Shown: positions 59,393 through 64,000 of the stretch, piece by piece | Layout: the number at the start of each line of letters is the position of its first letter | How positions within the stretch are numbered: position 1 is the first letter of the stretch | NCBI RefSeq assembly: GCF_002105155.1 | Contig: NW_019029016.1 | Span: 186,001-250,000 of the forward strand | DNA: 64,000 bases | From: Lobosporangium transversale | Taxonomy: Eukaryota | Direction: 5' to 3' | The notes under the pieces: generated by a model | Databases searched by the model: none | What the model was told of the DNA's origin: nothing | Seen by the model: only the letters and a program-made list of their open reading frames with translations | Made by a program: the position numbers and the translations under genes

Positions 59393-60322
59393 ATGAGCGA
59401 CAATTCTACCGACAACACTCATAATGCACTCCTTCATGAAATCAACACTCTTCGTCAGCAGGTGGCTGCCCTTACGCAGGCCAACCCTTCCTCCTCTTCC
59501 CCTTCCCCCATCACCATTGATCGCCCACAGGCCAAGATACTTGTCCTCTCTGATACCCTCAAAGCGGCTGTACCTTCCCTTGACGGCTCTCATTTCTTCC
59601 GTCCCCCGGACAACTCTGGCGACGATAACATCCTCACCGAGTACGTCCTCTATCCCAAGAACCCAGATCAGCAGTACAAAGCGCCCTCTCTTGAGTTGCC
59701 TTGGCCTCAGGAGACCACTTCTTTTCAACGAGTGGACAAGTGGTTATCCCAACTACAGGAACGTCAGGCCCACGCTACGCGACCCTTGGACGAATTCCTG
59801 GCAGAATACTTTCACAAAGTGCACGATCCTGCATTACGGCAGATCGTCGCAGATTTTGGGCATGTCATGCGATCTCATCTGGCCGTTACAGCACGCCAAA
59901 TCACCGATCTGCGCATGGATAATTTTGTGTACGCAAAGGGTCTCAAGCCAGCCCCTGATCATGAAAAGACTGCAACTATCACTAAAGATGATATTGCAGC
60001 CCGAATTAAAGCTGCTGAGGAGTACCAGGAGGCCAGCAAGCCTCGCAAGACAGCTTTGCAAAACAGAGGATCCGGTCGCAATTCCGGTTCTCGCAGCAGG
60101 GGTATTTACTTTAACATGTACCCCCACCAGCAGCAACAGTTCCAGCAATTTCCATCACAATCGCAACCTTATTCACCAGCGAATCATCATCAAGCACAAC
60201 AAGCCACACCTCCTCAGCTCACTTACGGGTATGGAGAGCCCATGCATAACAACCAGCAGGGACAGTATTTTTACAGAGGCAGCCGTGGACGGGGACGCGG
60301 CAGCGCCAACAAGAGCCAGTAG
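59393..60322 (+). CDS. DIRS gag-like ORF1 (309 aa)
   Basis: Same layout as 46314..47243; ATRPLD motif. Confidence 0.85.
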   Translation: MSDNSTDNTHNALLHEINTLRQQVAALTQANPSSSSPSPITIDRPQAKILVLSDTLKAAVPSLDGSHFFRPPDNSGDDNILTEYVLYPKNPDQQYKAPSLELPWPQETTSFQRVDKWLSQLQERQAHATRPLDEFLAEYFHKVHDPALRQIVADFGHVMRSHLAVTARQITDLRMDNFVYAKGLKPAPDHEKTATITKDDIAARIKAAEEYQEASKPRKTALQNRGSGRNSGSRSRGIYFNMYPHQQQQFQQFPSQSQPYSPANHHQAQQATPPQLTYGYGEPMHNNQQGQYFYRGSRGRGRGSANKSQ

Positions 60323-63149
60323 GGGGCCGTCTGCACCTCTACTCGAGGGCTTGGAGGCTCCTCACGGACGACAGGTGGGTCCGCTCCGTGATTGGAAACG
60401 GTTTTCAGATTCCCTTCCACAGACAACCTCCAATAACACACACATCAAGAGCCCTTTCCCCGCATCTATCCAAGGAGGAGACACTGGCGATAGAGAACGA
60501 AGTGATCGCACTTCTGGCCAAAAAAGCCATAGAGCACGCTTCGGGACCTGGTTTCCAGAGTCGTTTGTTTACTATCCCCAAGAAGACAGGGGACCTCCGG
60601 CCTGTCCTCAACCTACGTCCTCTCAATCAATTTATCATCACAGACTCGTTCAAGATGGAGACGATTCAGGTAGTATGCAATACCCTTCAGAAGAACGATT
60701 ATTTGACGAGCATCGATCTCAAAGATGCTTTCCTTCATGTGCTGATTCATCCACATTTTCGTCCTTACCTTCAGTTTCAGTGGAAGGGTCAGCTGTATCA
60801 GTTTCGCACTCTACCTTTCGGGATGTCACTGTCGCCGTTAGTCTTCACGAAGGTCCTACGCCCGGTGTTGAGATGGGCGAGGCGTCGAGGAATACGGCTG
60901 ACAGCTTACATCGACGATCTGTTGATCATGGCCAACTCCAAAGCCCAAGCAGAAGAGCACACGAATCTTGTCCTGGACAAACTCAAGTCTCTTGGATTCC
61001 TCATCAACAAGGAGAAATCCTCTCTGATGCCAACGAAATGTCTAGATCATCTGGGTTTCACCATCAACACCACCGACATGACCCTCTCGGTACCGAAGTC
61101 CAAGGTCAGGGACATACGGCGAGAAGCAGCGAAGATGCTCAGCAAGGGATGGACGACGGTTCGCAACTTGGCTACGTTCATAGGGAAAGCCATGGCGACG
61201 ACAGCAGCAGTATTTCCAGCTCGTCTAATGACGCGGCATCTTCTGGCATTGAAGAACAGAGCGCTCAGCCATCAGGGGTCATCTTGGGAAGCGACGATCT
61301 CACTGGACGACAGAGCTCGAGCCGATCTGGATTGGTGGACACACCAACTCAAGGAGTGGAACGGGACGTCATGGATTCAGTCGCCAACTCAGATGGACGT
61401 GTACACAGACGCCTCCGACCAAGGCTGGGGGATCGTCATAGGGCAGCGCACTTGGACAGGGCTATGGCCACCAAACATACGCCACCAACACATCAATTTA
61501 AAAGAGTTACTAACTGTGTACTACGCAGTCACTCTACCGCAAACACAAGGGAGGATGCTCAACCTAGTAATCGACAACACAACCACCATCGCTTACATCA
61601 ACCGGTTCGGCGGAACTCGTTCACAACCTCTGATGGACCTGGCGGACAAAATATGGAAGCATTGTCTAGCAACAGGCACAAGACTCAGGACCACATATGT
61701 ACCTTCAGTATTCAATCCAGCAGATGCACCATCACGCCGGATGCAAGCGCAGCTCGAATGGAGGCTGGACCCGTCATTTTTCCGTCGTCTAGACCAGCAG
61801 TGGGGGCCTCATCGGATAGACCTCTTTGCATCGCCCAGCAACAACCAGCTTCCTCAGTTCATGACATGGAAACCTCATCCTTTGGCAGTGGACTTCGATG
61901 CGCTGAGACACAAGTGGAGCCACTTGGGCAACCTTTACATCTGTCCTCCATGGAACTTACTTCCAAGGATCCTGCAGAAGCTAGACCAGGAAGGCCTGGA
62001 AGCGACCATAATTACTCCATTTTGGCCATCGGCGATTTGGTTCCCGAAGATACAGGCAATGGCGACCCAACCCCCTTTACCGATTCCACGAACATGTGTT
62101 CTTCCTCCACCAGGAAGCGACGCGCACATCCTGCTCAAGAATCCACACTGGGGCCTTACCGCGTGGAGAGTAAGAGGACGAGGATGCTCATAGATGGCCT
62201 CTCGCCAGCGGTGACTGAGTTTATCTGTGCTCACAAAGGATCCAAGAGCACCAAGCGAGAGTACGAAAAGCATCAAGCTGAATTCGTCACTTGGCTGAAA
62301 GAGGGCTCGTTCGAACAAGGGATTAACCCCGCGATCCCAGTAGTGAACTGGCTACACTACGTGCGGGTCGCTCGCAATTTGAAGTGGTCCACGCTGATGA
62401 CCATGAAGTCGGCTGTCCTCGCCCTATTTCGTGACCCAGAGAGAGTACGATCAGATGAATACTACCGCCAGTTCCTCAAGGCTGGAAAGCAAGAAGGTGT
62501 CGTTGAGTCCAGGTCTGGTCACTTTGACATCACACCTGTTTTGGACCATTTTCGGCAGTCATCAGCAAATATGGAGTTGCCTTTTGAGGAGCTTACATGG
62601 AAGCTGTGTTGGCTCTTAGGCGTCTGTGGCTTCATGAGACCAGACGACATCAGATGTGTAGATGTCAGTCTCTCCAAGATTGTGTTAGGGAAGCTTCAGC
62701 TTGTTGTTGTTTTCCCAAAAGAGAAGAGTGATGGGCAACGTATCATTAAGCATGTGACCATTGGTTCTCACTTTGACAAGAAGCTATGCCCTGTCGACGC
62801 ATACACCGCTTACCTGGACAGGCTGTCTTGTCCTTCCACTACCTCTCCTCATCCGAAGGACCCAACAAGAAGCATTGTACCTTTGATTAGATTTGTGAAA
62901 GACCACACCCAGCCGGCGCGTGCGACTACTATTGGCTCCCACATGGGTAGGATTTCTTCGCTGATGGATTTAGGAGACAAGAAAGCTCCTAAGCTCCGAG
63001 CCTTAGGTTCTACGCTCGCGGCTATAGCAGGCGTACCAGTGGCTGATATCATGGTGCAGGGGAATTGGTCGTCCCCGAAAGTCTTCGAGAAGCACTACCG
63101 TTTGTCGAGTGCCACCTCCAACAACATGTCCATGAGCACTCTAGGCTAG
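59424..63149 (+). CDS. Long overlapping ORF (1241 aa) ending in the tyrosine recombinase
   Basis: ATG start; FMRPDDI, CPV, PKLRALGST, GNWSS, FEKHYR. Confidence 0.85.
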   Translation: MHSFMKSTLFVSRWLPLRRPTLPPLPLPPSPLIAHRPRYLSSLIPSKRLYLPLTALISSVPRTTLATITSSPSTSSIPRTQISSTKRPLLSCLGLRRPLLFNEWTSGYPNYRNVRPTLRDPWTNSWQNTFTKCTILHYGRSSQILGMSCDLIWPLQHAKSPICAWIILCTQRVSSQPLIMKRLQLSLKMILQPELKLLRSTRRPASLARQLCKTEDPVAIPVLAAGVFTLTCTPTSSNSSSNFHHNRNLIHQRIIIKHNKPHLLSSLTGMESPCITTSRDSIFTEAAVDGDAAAPTRASRGPSAPLLEGLEAPHGRQVGPLRDWKRFSDSLPQTTSNNTHIKSPFPASIQGGDTGDRERSDRTSGQKSHRARFGTWFPESFVYYPQEDRGPPACPQPTSSQSIYHHRLVQDGDDSGSMQYPSEERLFDEHRSQRCFPSCADSSTFSSLPSVSVEGSAVSVSHSTFRDVTVAVSLHEGPTPGVEMGEASRNTADSLHRRSVDHGQLQSPSRRAHESCPGQTQVSWIPHQQGEILSDANEMSRSSGFHHQHHRHDPLGTEVQGQGHTARSSEDAQQGMDDGSQLGYVHRESHGDDSSSISSSSNDAASSGIEEQSAQPSGVILGSDDLTGRQSSSRSGLVDTPTQGVERDVMDSVANSDGRVHRRLRPRLGDRHRAAHLDRAMATKHTPPTHQFKRVTNCVLRSHSTANTREDAQPSNRQHNHHRLHQPVRRNSFTTSDGPGGQNMEALSSNRHKTQDHICTFSIQSSRCTITPDASAARMEAGPVIFPSSRPAVGASSDRPLCIAQQQPASSVHDMETSSFGSGLRCAETQVEPLGQPLHLSSMELTSKDPAEARPGRPGSDHNYSILAIGDLVPEDTGNGDPTPFTDSTNMCSSSTRKRRAHPAQESTLGPYRVESKRTRMLIDGLSPAVTEFICAHKGSKSTKREYEKHQAEFVTWLKEGSFEQGINPAIPVVNWLHYVRVARNLKWSTLMTMKSAVLALFRDPERVRSDEYYRQFLKAGKQEGVVESRSGHFDITPVLDHFRQSSANMELPFEELTWKLCWLLGVCGFMRPDDIRCVDVSLSKIVLGKLQLVVVFPKEKSDGQRIIKHVTIGSHFDKKLCPVDAYTAYLDRLSCPSTTSPHPKDPTRSIVPLIRFVKDHTQPARATTIGSHMGRISSLMDLGDKKAPKLRALGSTLAAIAGVPVADIMVQGNWSSPKVFEKHYRLSSATSNNMSMSTLG
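60250..62193 (+). CDS. DIRS RT-RNase H-methyltransferase-like ORF (no in-frame ATG before the conserved PVGGRL)
   Basis: Frame opens after TAA near 60247; YIDD, TDASD, IDLFAS, LYICPPW. Confidence 0.92.
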   Translation, partial: QPAGTVFLQRQPWTGTRQRQQEPVGGRLHLYSRAWRLLTDDRWVRSVIGNGFQIPFHRQPPITHTSRALSPHLSKEETLAIENEVIALLAKKAIEHASGPGFQSRLFTIPKKTGDLRPVLNLRPLNQFIITDSFKMETIQVVCNTLQKNDYLTSIDLKDAFLHVLIHPHFRPYLQFQWKGQLYQFRTLPFGMSLSPLVFTKVLRPVLRWARRRGIRLTAYIDDLLIMANSKAQAEEHTNLVLDKLKSLGFLINKEKSSLMPTKCLDHLGFTINTTDMTLSVPKSKVRDIRREAAKMLSKGWTTVRNLATFIGKAMATTAAVFPARLMTRHLLALKNRALSHQGSSWEATISLDDRARADLDWWTHQLKEWNGTSWIQSPTQMDVYTDASDQGWGIVIGQRTWTGLWPPNIRHQHINLKELLTVYYAVTLPQTQGRMLNLVIDNTTTIAYINRFGGTRSQPLMDLADKIWKHCLATGTRLRTTYVPSVFNPADAPSRRMQAQLEWRLDPSFFRRLDQQWGPHRIDLFASPSNNQLPQFMTWKPHPLAVDFDALRHKWSHLGNLYICPPWNLLPRILQKLDQEGLEATIITPFWPSAIWFPKIQAMATQPPLPIPRTCVLPPPGSDAHILLKNPHWGLTAWRVRGRGCS

Positions 63150-64000
63150 ATTTTCTTTAGTTAGTTGTTCATTTCGTTCAGTTTTCTTTTAGTTTTAGTT
63201 TTGTTTTAGTTTAGTTCTCTTTGGCGATCCCTCTGGAGCCACATACGGACATGGTACCGTAGACAATGGTCTACTGAATGGTCTACGAAGGACGACCTAT
63301 TCACATTGTCATAGGTACCATGGACGTATGTCCCACCCACACCACCCCTTTTTGGCTCGAGAAGTAGATGTAGATCAGAGTTGCAGGGCAGAGGGATCTT
63401 TTTATTTAGTTTATTTTTCTTTATTTCTCGTCGGATTTTCAATGAAGAAAGGTGACACACATACGTCCATGGTACCTATGACAATGTGAATAGGTCGTCC
63501 TTCGTAGACCATTCAGTAGACCATACCCCTTTATCATAGGGATGGATTTATTTTATCAGCTTGGATTTGGACTCTCAGGCTGCCACAATCCAGGGCAAGA
63601 TGCTATCCAGTTACCCGAACCTGAGGAAGATAAACGTCCCTCCCTCATCCCTGGTTCTATACCAGTAGAAGAGCATACCAAAACATTTATCATTGAGAAA
63701 AAAGTGTTTATGAAAAAGATCTCACGTCCACTAGTCGACAATGCCCGGATACCTAAACAGAGCTCATGCCCCGTACCGGAAATGAAAGTATTTTTACCAA
63801 TCCCAGAGGGTACAGTCCTCTATAGGCGATCACGTCCTTTTGCTGAAAAACAAATGTCCATCCTCAATGAAGCCATAGAAAAATGGTTGATAGATGACGT
63901 TATCACACTTGCCCCTGTAGGCAATGTGCACAATAATACTCTTACACTCACAGCAAAGAAAGACCAAAATGGCAATAAAACGTTATGGCGAGTATGTCTT

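Larger units (their letters stand above)
59218..63524 (+). mobile_element. DIRS1-like retrotransposon, family D copy 2; structurally intact
   Basis: ITRs, ICR ~63240..63332, 3' extension. The empty site GATCATACCC is visible in Gypsy copy 1 (7625..7634). No frameshifts seen. Confidence 0.96.
57711..64000 (+). mobile_element. Ty3/Gypsy element, copy 2 (protease interrupted by DIRS D2; runs off the window end)
   Basis: Complete 5' LTR; 58036..59219 and 63525..64000 match 6443..8106 of copy 1. Confidence 0.94.

Noticed and set aside
58154..60322. 722-aa Gypsy gag-protease fused to DIRS gag
   Set aside because: Chance read-through across the D2 insertion junction; no ATG start and no sign of selection.

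Overview
Eukaryotic, intron-containing, transposon-dense window. It is most likely from an early-diverging fungus (Mucoromycota/Mortierellaceae-like); this is inferred from the gene families and element types, not from a marker-gene search. Host-type genes: a small cluster of Crinkler (CRN)-like effector loci (two apparently intact, Ubl N-terminus + P-loop NTPase + PD-(D/E)xK nuclease; two pseudogenes), two related C2H2 zinc-finger pseudogenes, and an orphan 3' fragment of LSU rRNA. Mobile DNA: six DIRS1-like tyrosine-recombinase retrotransposons from four families plus two terminal remnants (one defines a fifth family), two copies of a chromodomain Ty3/Gypsy element, a solo LTR, a Tc1 (DD34E) element, a Helitron Rep/Hel, two Helitron 5' ends, a Mutator MITE, and two ~1.3 kb composite palindromes. 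Most interesting signals: (1) the DIRS families share a three-frame layout, with a second ATG just after the gag ATG opening a ~1250-codon YR frame across the whole element and a U-run candidate -1 frameshift into RT; (2) a covarying terminal stem-bulge-stem hairpin with a conserved loop across DIRS families; (3) the two palindromes are flip/flop isomers and each sits upstream of a related ZnF gene; (4) the chromovirus carries two antisense accessory ORFs; (5) the two intact CRN genes share a 21+33 nt phase-1 micro-exon hinge. All comparisons were made by eye and no database searches were run.
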